Source: an uncultured Actinomycetes bacterium
GTDB taxonomy: Bacteria; Actinomycetota; Thermoleophilia; Solirubrobacterales; 70-9
Assembly (NCBI GenBank): GCA_963720735.1
Contig: CAVRGL010000011.1
Span: forward strand, 17,632-81,631
Length of the DNA stretch: 64,000 nt
Direction of reading: 5' to 3'
The translations under genes were made by a program, and so were the position numbers. This document shows positions 34,049 through 44,550 of the stretch, one piece after another. The notes beneath the pieces are model-generated. The model made no database searches. It was given only the letters and a program-made list of their open reading frames with translations, and had not been told where the DNA came from. Each line of letters starts with the position of its first letter. Positions within the stretch are counted from its first letter, which is position 1.

Positions 34049-34986
34049 GCCGCTCGGGCGCCCTCCTCGGGGTCCTCGGCGCCGGCCTCCTCGCCCTCCT
34101 CGGAGGTTGCGGGGAGAGCGCCGGGCGAGGCCCGGCGACCCTGACCGTCTACGTCAGCCTTCCCCTGCACGGGGAGCGCGCCGCCGAGGGCCGGGCCGCC
34201 GCCGACGGCGCCCGGCTGGCGTTGGCCCGCGCCGGCGGCCGGATCGGGGAGTTCCGGGTGAGGGCGCGCTTCCTCGACGACACGGGCGGAGGCTCGCGGT
34301 GGAGTCCGGTGGCGAGCGCGGCCAACGCCCGCCGGGCCGCCGAGGACTCGACCGCGATCGGCTTCATCGGCGACCTGGATTCGGGCGCCACCCGGGTATC
34401 GCTCCCGATCACGAACCAGGCCGAGATCCCGCAGGTCTCGCCCGGAGCCGTGGCGCTCGACCTGACCGGGGAGCGCTACCGGCCCAGCGGCGATCAGACC
34501 TTTGCCCGTGTCGTTCCCGACGCCTCGGTGCTCGGGAGGGTCGTGGGAGTGCTGGCGAGCAGGCTGGGCGTCCCGCCGAGGGACATCGCCACCGGCGCCC
34601 CGGGGCCGGCGGCCCTGCGAGGATGCCGGGCCGAGAGCGCCCGCCGCTACCTGATCTCCCCCTACCGAGAGCCGTTCCGGCTGGACCCCCGCGGCAAGGC
34701 CTTCAACCGCGCCTATCGCCGGCGTTTCGGCCAGTCCCAACCTGCCTCTGCCTACGGCTTCGAGGCGATGGCACTACTGCTCAGCGCAATCCGGCGCGCA
34801 GGCGATGACGGCGGTGACCGCCGAGCCGTCGCCGAACAGGTGCTGGCGACCCGCGACCGCCGTTCCGTCCTCGGCAAGTACTCGATCCGGTCCTCCGGTG
34901 ACACCACGCTCGATCTCGTCACCGCCTACTCGATCCGGGGCTGCCGCCTGGCCTTCTCGGCGGAGCTGAGCGCGGGGCAGCCCTGA
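34045..34986 (+). CDS. periplasmic-binding-protein type I (LivK-like) lipoprotein; start codon unresolved
   Basis: ...LSRSGALLGVLGAGLLALLGGCGES... is a signal peptide plus lipobox, followed by ...TVYVSLPLHGERAAEGRA..DGARLAL... No ATG, GTG or TTG precedes the signal peptide in frame. Confidence 0.55.
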   Translation: MSRSGALLGVLGAGLLALLGGCGESAGRGPATLTVYVSLPLHGERAAEGRAAADGARLALARAGGRIGEFRVRARFLDDTGGGSRWSPVASAANARRAAEDSTAIGFIGDLDSGATRVSLPITNQAEIPQVSPGAVALDLTGERYRPSGDQTFARVVPDASVLGRVVGVLASRLGVPPRDIATGAPGPAALRGCRAESARRYLISPYREPFRLDPRGKAFNRAYRRRFGQSQPASAYGFEAMALLLSAIRRAGDDGGDRRAVAEQVLATRDRRSVLGKYSIRSSGDTTLDLVTAYSIRGCRLAFSAELSAGQP

Positions 34987-34991
34987 AGAGC

Positions 34992-35896
34992 TCAGCCGAG
35001 CAGGTCGCGCAGCGCCGGCTCGAGCTCGGGGTGCTCGAAGCTGTAACCGAGGTCGAGGGTGCGGCGCGGGATCACCCTCTGCCCGCCGCGGATCGTCTCG
35101 GCGAACTCCTCGCCGTACATGAGGTTGAGCACGAACCCGGGCACCGGGACTGCCGCCGGACGACGCAGGACCCGCCCGAGCGTCTTCGACAGCTCGCGGT
35201 TCGTCACCGGGTTAGGGGCGGTGGCGTTGATCACGCCGCTGACGCTCTCGCTGTCGAGCGCCCAGAGCAGGACGCCGGTCTCGTCGTCGAGGTGGATCCA
35301 CGACATGTACTGCTCGCCGCCCGCCACCGGGCCTCCGAGGCCGAGCCGGAAGGGGGTCAGCAGCTGCTTCAGCAGGCCGTGCGCGGGATCGAGGACGAGC
35401 CCGGTGCGGACGATCACCAGGCGGACGCCGGTCCCGCTGACCTCGTCGGCCGACCGCTCCCACTCGTTGACGACCTCGGCGCCGAAATCGTTCCCGGGCG
35501 CCGTGGACTCGTCCACCAGGCTCTCGCCCCGGTCGCCGTAGTAGCCGATCGCCGACTGGCTGACCAGAACCCGGGGCCTGTGCTCGAGGGCGGTGATCGC
35601 CTGAACGAGGTTGCGGGTGCCGGTGCGACGGCTCTCCATGATCGACGTCTTTGCCTCCTCGGTCCAGCGCTGGTTGATCGGCTCCCCGACCAGGTTGATC
35701 ACCCCGTCGACCTCGTCGAAAGCATCCGCCGGGGGGCGCTCCATGCGCGGCTGCCAGCCGAACCAGCGCACCGTCGGGTTGGTCTTGCGGGCGCGCTCCG
35801 GGTCGCGGGTGAGGCCGATGACCTCGTCGCCGCGGGCCAGCAGCGCGTCGCAGACGGCCGAGCCGAGCGCTCCGCTCGCCCCGGTGACCAGGACCC

Positions 35897-35900
<4 letters not shown>
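34992..35900 (-). CDS. TIGR01777/YfcH-like NAD-dependent epimerase-fold protein (DUF1731 C-terminus)
   Basis: MRVLVTGASGALGSAV...INLVGEPI..RWT... Confidence 0.8.
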
Positions 35901-37351
<1,451 letters not shown>

Positions 37352-37424
37352 CGCGGCGGATTCTATGCAGGCGCGAGACGCCGCCCGCCGGGGGCGAAGG
37401 ACCGTTGGGCGCTCTTGTATCGCT

Positions 37425-38270
37425 ATGCGAAACAAACCCGCCCCGGCGGGCCTCGCCATCGCCCGGATCGCTGCCCGACAGTTCGGAGTTGTGACTGGCC
37501 GCCAGCTTGCCGGCGCTGGGGTTGATCGCACCGGCATCGGTCGGCGGGTCGCCGCCGGTCGTCTTCATCGCATTCACCGCGGCGTTTTCGCAGTTGGGCA
37601 TTCCGGTCTCAGCAGGGAAGGCCGCTGGCTGGCCGCGGTGATCGCTTGCGGCCCGGGCGCCGCGTTGAGTCATTGCGACGCAGCCGCGCACTGGGGCCTG
37701 CTGTCTCCGACGGGGGGCCCGGTCAACATCGTCGTGCCCGGCCGTGGGGGCCGGTCGCGACGACCGGGGATCCGGATTCATCGCCCGAGGACCCTGACCA
37801 CAGGCGACCTCACCCGCCATCGCGGCATCCCGATCACCACCCCTGCCCGCACGATCGCCGATCTGCGCCGTGTCCTTGCTCCGGCAAAGCTCCGAGGCGT
37901 CATCCGGCAGGCGGAGGTACTCGGCTATCCGCTGTCAGACGAAGTCGAGACCGACCGCACCCGCAGCGAGCTGGAGCGAATGTTCCTGTCCCGCTGTCGC
38001 CGCCATCGCCTGCCGGAGCCCGAAGTGAACGTTCGCGTCGGCCCCTGCCGCGTCGACTTCCTCTGGCGCGAGCCGCGCCTGATCGTAGAAACAGATGGAT
38101 ACCGCTTCCACCGTGGCCGTCAGGCCTTCGCGGACGACCGGGGCCGCGACCTCGAGCTGCGGCGTCAGGGATACGAGGTGATCCGGCTCACCCCGAAGCT
38201 GGTCCGCGACCAGTTTGCAGCCGTCGCATCGGTGCTCTCCCGCCATCTTCACCCCGGCGCCACTGACTAG
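37425..38270 (+). CDS. DUF559 (Vsr-like endonuclease fold) protein with AbiEi-like N-terminal domain
   Basis: MRNKPAPAGLAIARIAARQFGVVTGRQL...RIHRGVFAV..., then ...SELERMFLSRCRRHRLPEPEVNVRVG..RVDFLWRE.RLIVETDGY.FH... The track ORF start at 37185 overlaps the malic enzyme gene. Confidence 0.7.
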   Translation: MRNKPAPAGLAIARIAARQFGVVTGRQLAGAGVDRTGIGRRVAAGRLHRIHRGVFAVGHSGLSREGRWLAAVIACGPGAALSHCDAAAHWGLLSPTGGPVNIVVPGRGGRSRRPGIRIHRPRTLTTGDLTRHRGIPITTPARTIADLRRVLAPAKLRGVIRQAEVLGYPLSDEVETDRTRSELERMFLSRCRRHRLPEPEVNVRVGPCRVDFLWREPRLIVETDGYRFHRGRQAFADDRGRDLELRRQGYEVIRLTPKLVRDQFAAVASVLSRHLHPGATD

Positions 38271-38279
38271 AGTCAGCGC

Positions 38280-40928
38280 GTGGGCGCAAACGGCGACAAG
38301 GACGGCAAGGAGCTCTTCCTGCTCGACGGCAACAGTCTCGCCTACCGGGCTTTCTTCGCCCTGCCGGACTCGATCGCCACCTCCGACGGCCGCCCGACGA
38401 ATGCGATCTTCGGCCTAGCGTCGATGCTGGTGAAGATTCTCACCGATCACCGTCCAGGGGGGCTGGTTGTCGCCTGGGACGCCGGGATGTCGGGCCGCGA
38501 CACCACCTACGCCGATTACAAGGCCCAACGCTCCCCCCGCCCCGACCTGCTGCGCGAGCAATGGCCCCACCTGCTCGAGGTGGTCGAGGCCTTCGGCTAC
38601 GCCAACGTCAGGTCCGAGGGATACGAGGCCGACGACGTGATCGCCTCGCTGACCAGGGAGGCGAGCGAGCTGGAGATCCCGGTGATGGTGGTCTCGGGTG
38701 ATCGCGACGTCTACCAGCTGGTCTCCGACGGCGTGCGGGTGATGACCACCTCGCGCGGCGTCACCGACACCAAGGTCTATGACCGGGAGGCGGTGATCGA
38801 GCGCTACGGCGTCGCCCCCGAGCTGGTCCCGGATCTGATCGGGCTGAAGGGCGATACCTCGGACAACATCCCCGGTGTCCCCGGCATCGGCGACAAGACC
38901 GCCGCCCAGCTGCTGCAGAAGTTCGGCTCGCTCGAGGGGGTGCTGGAGAACGCCGATCATGTCTCCGGCGCGAAGCGCAAGCAGAACCTGGTGGAGCACG
39001 CCGATGACGCCCGAATCTCGAAGCAGCTGGCGACGATGAAGTTCGAGGTCGAGACCGGAGTCGACCTGAGCGAGGTGATGGCCGCGGACCCGGACCGCAG
39101 CTCGCTGCGCGAGTTCGCGCGCGAGTTCGAGCTGCGAGCGATCCTCGAGCGCCTCGAGGAGGGCCTCCCGGACGGCGAGCCGCTCCCCGGGCGCCGGGTC
39201 GAGCAGGAGATCGAGATCGAACCGGTCGAGGGCTCGCCGCAGGAGATCGCCTCGGCGGGTGCGCCGATCGGGATCTCGATCTCCGCCGGGCGCTGGGCCG
39301 GCGCGGACTCGGAGCGGGTGATCACCGGCGAGGCGAGCCTCGATGAGCTCGCGGACGCGTTCGAAGGCTGCCCCCTGGTCGCCCACGACGCCAAGTCGCT
39401 GGGCGGAGGCCGCCATGGCCTGCTGGCGGCGGCCTCGCGCCGGGGTGTCGAGATCGTCATCGACCACGACACGATGCTGGGCGCCTATCTGCTCGAGCCC
39501 CAGCGGCGAAGCTACGAGCTGCTGGAGCTGGCCGCCGACGCCGGGATCGGGGTCAGGGGGGCGGAGCGGAGCGGCAAGGACGACGCCGGAGAGGGCGAGC
39601 AGCTCGAGCTGGGGGAGGAGGCAGAGCAGGGTCTCGAACCCACCGAGGAGGCCCGGGTCGTCGTCGAGCTGGCCCGGTGGCAGAGGGGCAGGCTCGAGGA
39701 GTGGGGGCTGGAGCAGCTGCTGCGGGAGGTCGAGCTGCCGCTGGTCCACGTGCTGGCGGCGATGGAGCGCGAGGGCCTGAAGCTCGACGTCGGCCGGCTG
39801 GCCGAGATCGGCTCCGGGATCGAGGAGCGGATCGAGCAGCTCGAGTCCGAGGTGCACGATCTCGCCGGACACCCGTTCACGATCGGCTCCCCGCAGCAGG
39901 TCGGCAAGGTCCTCTTCGAGGAGCTCGGCCTGACCCGGAAGCGCCGCGGCAAGACCGGGTTCTCGACCGACGCCAGGGTCCTTGCCCAGATCCGCGAGGA
40001 GCACCCGATCGTCGAGAAGATCGAGACCTGGCGAGAGCTGACCAAGCTGAAGAGCACCTACCTGGACACGCTCCCCGAGCTCGTCGACCCCGAGAGCGGA
40101 CGCGTACATACCACCTTCAACCAGGCTTCGACCACGACCGGCCGGCTCTCCAGCACCAACCCGAACCTCCAGAACATCCCGATCCGGACCGAGATCGGGC
40201 GCCCGATCCGGGGCTGCTTCGTCGCCGAGGGCGGGGCCCGGCTGCTCTCCGCCGACTACAGCCAGGTGGAGCTGCGGGTCCTGGCGCACGTCGCCGAGGA
40301 GGAGGTGCTGAAGGCGATCTTCCGGGCCGGCGACGACGTCCACGCCGCGACCGCGGCGGAGGTGTTCAACATCCCGCGCGACGAGGTGGGCATCGGGCAG
40401 CGCTCGAAGGCGAAGATGGTCAACTTCGGGATCGTCTACGGGCTCACCGGTTTCGGGCTGGCCGACCGCCTCAACATCCCGCGCGGCGAGGGCGAGGAGT
40501 TCGTGGCCCGCTACCTGGAGCGCTTCCCGGCGGTTGCGGCGTTCCGCGAGGAGACGATCGAGCGGGCACAGACGGACGGCTACGTCACCACGCTGATGGG
40601 ACGCCGCCGGCTGATCCCGGAGCTGCGCTCGCCGAACCCCAATACCCGCCGTCTGGGCGAGCGCCTCGCTGTCAACACGGTCATCCAGGGGACGGCCGCG
40701 GACATCATCAAGGTGGCGATGGTCCGCTGCCACGTGGCCCTGCGCGAGTCCGGAGCCAAGACACGACTCGTCCTGCAGATCCACGATGAGCTGCTGTTCG
40801 AGGGGCCGCCGGGGGAGATGGAGGCGGCGACCGAGACGGTCAGGCGTGAGATGTGCGCCGCCCAGCGGCTCGACCCGCCGCTCGAGGTCGAGGTCGGTGT
40901 GGGGAAGGACTGGCTGGAGGTCAAATAG
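38280..40928 (+). CDS. polA: DNA polymerase I
   Basis: 5' nuclease domain (LLDGNSLAYRAFFALP...GDRD..QL), ...DYSQVELRVLAH..., ...QIHDELLFE...; 882 aa. Confidence 0.97.
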   Translation: MGANGDKDGKELFLLDGNSLAYRAFFALPDSIATSDGRPTNAIFGLASMLVKILTDHRPGGLVVAWDAGMSGRDTTYADYKAQRSPRPDLLREQWPHLLEVVEAFGYANVRSEGYEADDVIASLTREASELEIPVMVVSGDRDVYQLVSDGVRVMTTSRGVTDTKVYDREAVIERYGVAPELVPDLIGLKGDTSDNIPGVPGIGDKTAAQLLQKFGSLEGVLENADHVSGAKRKQNLVEHADDARISKQLATMKFEVETGVDLSEVMAADPDRSSLREFAREFELRAILERLEEGLPDGEPLPGRRVEQEIEIEPVEGSPQEIASAGAPIGISISAGRWAGADSERVITGEASLDELADAFEGCPLVAHDAKSLGGGRHGLLAAASRRGVEIVIDHDTMLGAYLLEPQRRSYELLELAADAGIGVRGAERSGKDDAGEGEQLELGEEAEQGLEPTEEARVVVELARWQRGRLEEWGLEQLLREVELPLVHVLAAMEREGLKLDVGRLAEIGSGIEERIEQLESEVHDLAGHPFTIGSPQQVGKVLFEELGLTRKRRGKTGFSTDARVLAQIREEHPIVEKIETWRELTKLKSTYLDTLPELVDPESGRVHTTFNQASTTTGRLSSTNPNLQNIPIRTEIGRPIRGCFVAEGGARLLSADYSQVELRVLAHVAEEEVLKAIFRAGDDVHAATAAEVFNIPRDEVGIGQRSKAKMVNFGIVYGLTGFGLADRLNIPRGEGEEFVARYLERFPAVAAFREETIERAQTDGYVTTLMGRRRLIPELRSPNPNTRRLGERLAVNTVIQGTAADIIKVAMVRCHVALRESGAKTRLVLQIHDELLFEGPPGEMEAATETVRREMCAAQRLDPPLEVEVGVGKDWLEVK

Positions 40929-40956
40929 GAGAGGCGCCCGCTGGGGGCGCCTCTCC
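40928..40956. terminator. bidirectional stem-loop between convergent polA and the calcium-repeat protein gene
   Basis: GGAGAGGCGCCC (40928-40939), loop GCTGG, then GGGCGCCTCTCC (40945-40956). The 12-bp stem is perfect. Confidence 0.6.
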
Positions 40957-40982
40957 TGGGGTTGCGCGTTGGGGTGTCGGTT

Positions 40983-41711
40983 TCAGCCGGTGGAGGCGGC
41001 GCTCTGGATCAGCTCGACCTCGTCGAACACGGCGCCGTCGCCGCCAACCCGGATCTCGGCCTGGTGGACGACCGCGCCCTCGACCAGGTCGTCGGGGCTG
41101 CAGGCGTTCGCGTCGCCGTGATCGCCGTGGTGCCCGTCCTCGCCCTCGTCGCCGGGGTTGTCCTCGCCGCCCTCGTGGTCTGCGCTGAGGCGGGCGTGGC
41201 TGCGGCGGTCGCTGCCCGAAGGCCCCTCGCTCGAGCCATCGCCCTCGGTCTCGCACTTGACCTCGGTGCGGTCGGTGACCATTCCGGAGATCGTCCCGCC
41301 CGCGGCCAGGTTGATGGTCAGCGTGGTGCCGTCGAACGAGGCGACCGTGCCCGCGTTCTCATTGCCGTCCTCGACCCCGTCGTTGTCGCTGTCGTCGTCA
41401 GCCGGGTTGTCGCCGACCGCGACCTCCTCGCCGTCAGTGATGCCATCACCGTCGCTGTCGGCCTTGCGGGGGTTGGTGCTGTGGCGGAACTCGCCGAGGT
41501 TCTTCAGCTGATCGCTGTCCTGATCGCGGCGGGTCTGCTTCACCTTCAGCGAGAGGTGATGGCGCTTCTCCCAGCGATCGGGGATGCGGTCGTGGTTGCG
41601 GTCTTTGGCCGCGGCGATGCTCGGCAATGCGAAGACCGCCAGCACGCCGAGTGCCAGCGCGACGGCAAGGCGGATCGTGCGGTACGGACTGGTTCTGCTC
41701 TCGGATCTCAT
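40983..41711 (-). CDS. secreted protein with thrombospondin-type-3-like calcium-binding repeats
   Basis: Met at 41711 preceded by a GAAGGAGG Shine-Dalgarno sequence. Signal peptide ...LAVALALGVLAVFALPSIAAA. Motifs DRNHDRIPDRWEKRHHL, DSDGDGITDGEE and DDDSDNDGVEDGNE. Confidence 0.65.
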   Translation of the reverse strand: MRSESRTSPYRTIRLAVALALGVLAVFALPSIAAAKDRNHDRIPDRWEKRHHLSLKVKQTRRDQDSDQLKNLGEFRHSTNPRKADSDGDGITDGEEVAVGDNPADDDSDNDGVEDGNENAGTVASFDGTTLTINLAAGGTISGMVTDRTEVKCETEGDGSSEGPSGSDRRSHARLSADHEGGEDNPGDEGEDGHHGDHGDANACSPDDLVEGAVVHQAEIRVGGDGAVFDEVELIQSAASTG

Positions 41712-41790
41712 ATTTCCTCCTTCGGCGCCCTGCCTGCGGATCCTGAAACCGGGGAGGGTCCCCTGGACGGTTCGCGGACGGACGGGTGTG

Positions 41791-41815
41791 CGTCGTTGCG
41801 CTTTCAACCCGTTCC
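41791..41815 (-). promoter_or_regulatory. candidate ECF-type promoter (GGAAC-N15-CGACG on the minus strand) upstream of the calcium-repeat gene
   Basis: The minus-strand sequence reads GGAACGGGTTGAAAGCGCAACGACG. It lies between the ECF sigma gene end (41865) and the next start (41711). Confidence 0.2.
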
Positions 41816-41864
41816 GGTCCCGATCATCACGCCGACCGGGGTTCGGTTCATACAGGCGTCCGGC

Positions 41865-43175
41865 TCAGTCGTCGCCGGAGTGTCCCGAATCCGGCTTCGT
41901 TACCAGCTCGGTCCCGTCCGAGCCCGACGAGCCCTCATGTCCGCTTGAACCGTCGCCGGAACCCTCGTGCCCGGAGGGCTCGCTGGTCGGCCCAGAGCTG
42001 CCGCCGCCGCCCGATCCGTCGTCCGTCCCCCCGGAGGTGTCGCCGGAGCCGCCACCCCCTGAGCTCTCACCGCCGCCGTGATGCTCGCCTCCAGAAGGCT
42101 CGGCGGGATTATCTCCTCCGCCAGAGCCGCCCTGGTGCTCGCCGTCCCCGCCACCGCCGTGTCCAGCGTCACCGGACCCGGAGCTGCCCGAGGGACCGTG
42201 CCCCTCGGAGGCGGTCTCGGAATGCCCGCTGCCGACTCCGCTGGCGCCGATGGTCGAGTTGCCATCGTTCGAGCCGCGGTTGGAGTCTGCGCCGCCACCG
42301 TTCCGGGAGGAGCCGGTGGCGCCGGGCCGTCCATTGCCTTTTAGCCGGTCCTGAGGTGATCCGGCCCGGTCTGCTCCGCCGCCTCCCCCCGGGCCCATCG
42401 CAGACCGGTGGTGCTCGGCGATGATCGTCTCCTGGCTCGGGGACGGGTGGGAGTGCCGGTGCAGCGCCACTCCCGCCCCGACTGCGCCACCGAGCGCCAG
42501 CACGCCGACCAGGGCCTTGGCCGCCAGCGCCCCGCCGGCGCCGGTCCCGGCCGCCGCCGGGGCGCTCATCCCCTCGAGCAGCTGCCTCATTACCGGCATC
42601 GGGACGAGGACGCCGAGGCCCTCGCGCAGGGCGATGCGCCCGCGGTGGATCAGCTGCCGGGCGGCGGCGACAGAGACCCCCATCGTCTCCCCGATCTCTC
42701 GGTGGCTCCTGCCCTCCATCTCGCGCTTGATCAGCGCCTCTCGCTGCGTGTCGGGGAGCGCCTGGACACCCGCCAGGACCGCGGCAAGCGCCTCGCGGCG
42801 CTCCAGCGCCTGGGGCGGTTGCTCGACCCCGTCGAAGTTCTCGTCCAGATGGTCCATGGCCGGCCCGGCGTCACGGATGCTGTTGAAAGCCGTGTTGCGG
42901 ACGATGGTGTAGAGCCAGGGGCGCAGATTGAGCTCGGCCTCGCCGTCGCGGATCTTCGGCAGCGCTCGCGCGATCGCGTCCTGGACGACGTCGTCGGCCC
43001 GGTCCGGAGGCACGATCGTCGCGGCGTAGCGGACCAGTGCCGGGCGGTAGCGCCGCACCACCTCCTCCAGCGCGGGCCCGTGCCCCTCGCGGGCGAGCAT
43101 CACGAGGCGCCGATCGGGCTGGGCCCGCAGCGCCGGGCCCACCAGGACGCGTGCCGGAATGCGCGCAGGGGTCAT
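41865..43175 (-). CDS. ECF (sigma-70 family) sigma factor fused to a transmembrane segment and a long Gly/Ser/His/Asp/Glu-rich tail
   Basis: Region 2 (...RYRPALVRYA...DDVVQDAIARAL...) and region 4 (...LPDTQREALIKREMEGRSHREIGETMGVSVAAARQLIHRGRIALRE) are present. A hydrophobic stretch ALAAKALVGVLALGGAVGAGVAL follows, then about 190 aa of low complexity. Confidence 0.8.
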   Translation of the reverse strand: MTPARIPARVLVGPALRAQPDRRLVMLAREGHGPALEEVVRRYRPALVRYAATIVPPDRADDVVQDAIARALPKIRDGEAELNLRPWLYTIVRNTAFNSIRDAGPAMDHLDENFDGVEQPPQALERREALAAVLAGVQALPDTQREALIKREMEGRSHREIGETMGVSVAAARQLIHRGRIALREGLGVLVPMPVMRQLLEGMSAPAAAGTGAGGALAAKALVGVLALGGAVGAGVALHRHSHPSPSQETIIAEHHRSAMGPGGGGGADRAGSPQDRLKGNGRPGATGSSRNGGGADSNRGSNDGNSTIGASGVGSGHSETASEGHGPSGSSGSGDAGHGGGGDGEHQGGSGGGDNPAEPSGGEHHGGGESSGGGGSGDTSGGTDDGSGGGGSSGPTSEPSGHEGSGDGSSGHEGSSGSDGTELVTKPDSGHSGDD

Positions 43176-43315
43176 CTCGGCTCGCTCATCGGCATCTGCA
43201 CGGCTTTCGGGAACGATCTCGGCGCGGGACTCGGCACATGGACGATTGGAATACGGGGAGAGCGCAGGAGAGGCTCAACCGTGAAACCCGGCACGCGATC
43301 GAAGATAACGCCGGA

Positions 43316-44482
43316 TCAGGCGAGGCCTGCGGGCACCGCAGCCGGCGACCGCCGCTCCCGGGCATCGGCGGTCGAGGCGACGAACTCCGGCGGTGCGATC
43401 TGCAGGTAGTGGCCGAAGGACCAGTCGACGAACCGCTTGCTCTCCATCCCTTCGAGGAGGCGGGCCAGGAGGCGGGGAGGCACCCTGGGGACGAGCTGCT
43501 GGACGCGCAGCATCGACTCGAACTTCCACCGGTGCGCTCCGCTGAACTCCTCGTAGTCGGCGAGAGCCCGGCCGCGCGACTTGCCCCCGTCGAGAACGGC
43601 CCGAAGCTCCCGGCCGCAGGCGATGGCAAAGTAGAAGGCGGTGCGGATTCCCTCGGCGGTCAGCGGCAGGCAATGGCCGGCCGAGTCGCCGGCGAAGAAG
43701 ACCCCGGTGTCGGTGGCCGGCCGCAGCCGGTGGGGGATCCAGTTGCCCTGGTAGCGGACGCTCTCGACCCCGAGCCGGTCGGCAAGCTCCACGGTCGGCT
43801 GCTTGACGTGGAAGCGAGGATCGAAGGAACCCACCCCGACCCGGACCTCGTCGCCCGCAGGGAAGCTCCAGCCGTAGCCCGCCGGCACGACGCCTCGCTC
43901 GATCCAGATCTCGAGGTCCTCCGAGGCGCTCCAGGGATGGACCTCGAGCCCGCGCGAGAGCCGGGCCTCGGGCGGCTGGACGTTCTCCCCGCTGCCGAGG
44001 ACGCGGCGCCAGCCGAGGCAGTCGACCACCAGCGGCGCCGAGATCACCCCGCGGTCGGTGGCCACGCCGATCGCTCCATCGCCGTTCGCCGCCGGTGCCC
44101 GCCCCTCGACCGTCGCCGTCTCGAACTCCGCCTCGCAGCCCTCCCAGAGGATCCGGCAGAGGGTGCGGTAGTCGAAGGTCGAGAAGGTCCACGGGAGCTC
44201 CATGCGGACCGTCGTTTGGGGCGTGTGGATGATCAGCTCCCCGAAGGTCTGACGGATCGAGTCCTCGAGGCCGAGGGCGGTCAGCCACCCGGTCGGCGCC
44301 GCGCAGGCCGAGGTCTGGCGCTCGCCGATCTCGTAGCGGTCGCAGACCAGGACGTCGGCGCCCGAGCCGGCCAGCTCGCGGGCAAGCGCCAACCCGGCGA
44401 AGCTGGCCCCGCAGACGAGCACATCGCGAGTGCCGCCGATCGGGGTCCGCTCGGCGCCGCGCTTGGTCTCTCGCCGGGGCAT
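43316..44482 (-). CDS. FAD-dependent oxidoreductase (geranylgeranyl-reductase-like)
   Basis: Met at 44482. ...DVLVCGASFAGLALARELAGSGADVLVCDR... is the dinucleotide-binding motif, and ...FFAGDSAGHCLPLTAEGI... is also present. Confidence 0.75.
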   Translation of the reverse strand: MPRRETKRGAERTPIGGTRDVLVCGASFAGLALARELAGSGADVLVCDRYEIGERQTSACAAPTGWLTALGLEDSIRQTFGELIIHTPQTTVRMELPWTFSTFDYRTLCRILWEGCEAEFETATVEGRAPAANGDGAIGVATDRGVISAPLVVDCLGWRRVLGSGENVQPPEARLSRGLEVHPWSASEDLEIWIERGVVPAGYGWSFPAGDEVRVGVGSFDPRFHVKQPTVELADRLGVESVRYQGNWIPHRLRPATDTGVFFAGDSAGHCLPLTAEGIRTAFYFAIACGRELRAVLDGGKSRGRALADYEEFSGAHRWKFESMLRVQQLVPRVPPRLLARLLEGMESKRFVDWSFGHYLQIAPPEFVASTADARERRSPAAVPAGLA

Positions 44483-44550
44483 GGGAGCAGCGTAGAGGCT
44501 GACGCAGCCGGGCCGGCGCCCCCGAGCGTCGTTCTGCCACAATCTCCGCC

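Noticed and set aside
33010-34986. 658-aa ORF spanning the phosphofructokinase locus
   Set aside because: The first two-thirds is an out-of-frame read through pfk, Arg/Gly/Pro-rich. Only the part from about 34045 onward, beginning with the lipoprotein signal, looks like a real protein.
43210-43214. GGAAC motif on the plus strand in the gap upstream of the ECF sigma gene, as a possible autoregulated ECF promoter
   Set aside because: It is on the wrong strand for the minus-strand sigma gene, and no plus-strand gene lies downstream. On the minus strand I could not find a convincing GGAAC...CGT pair in 43176-43315.
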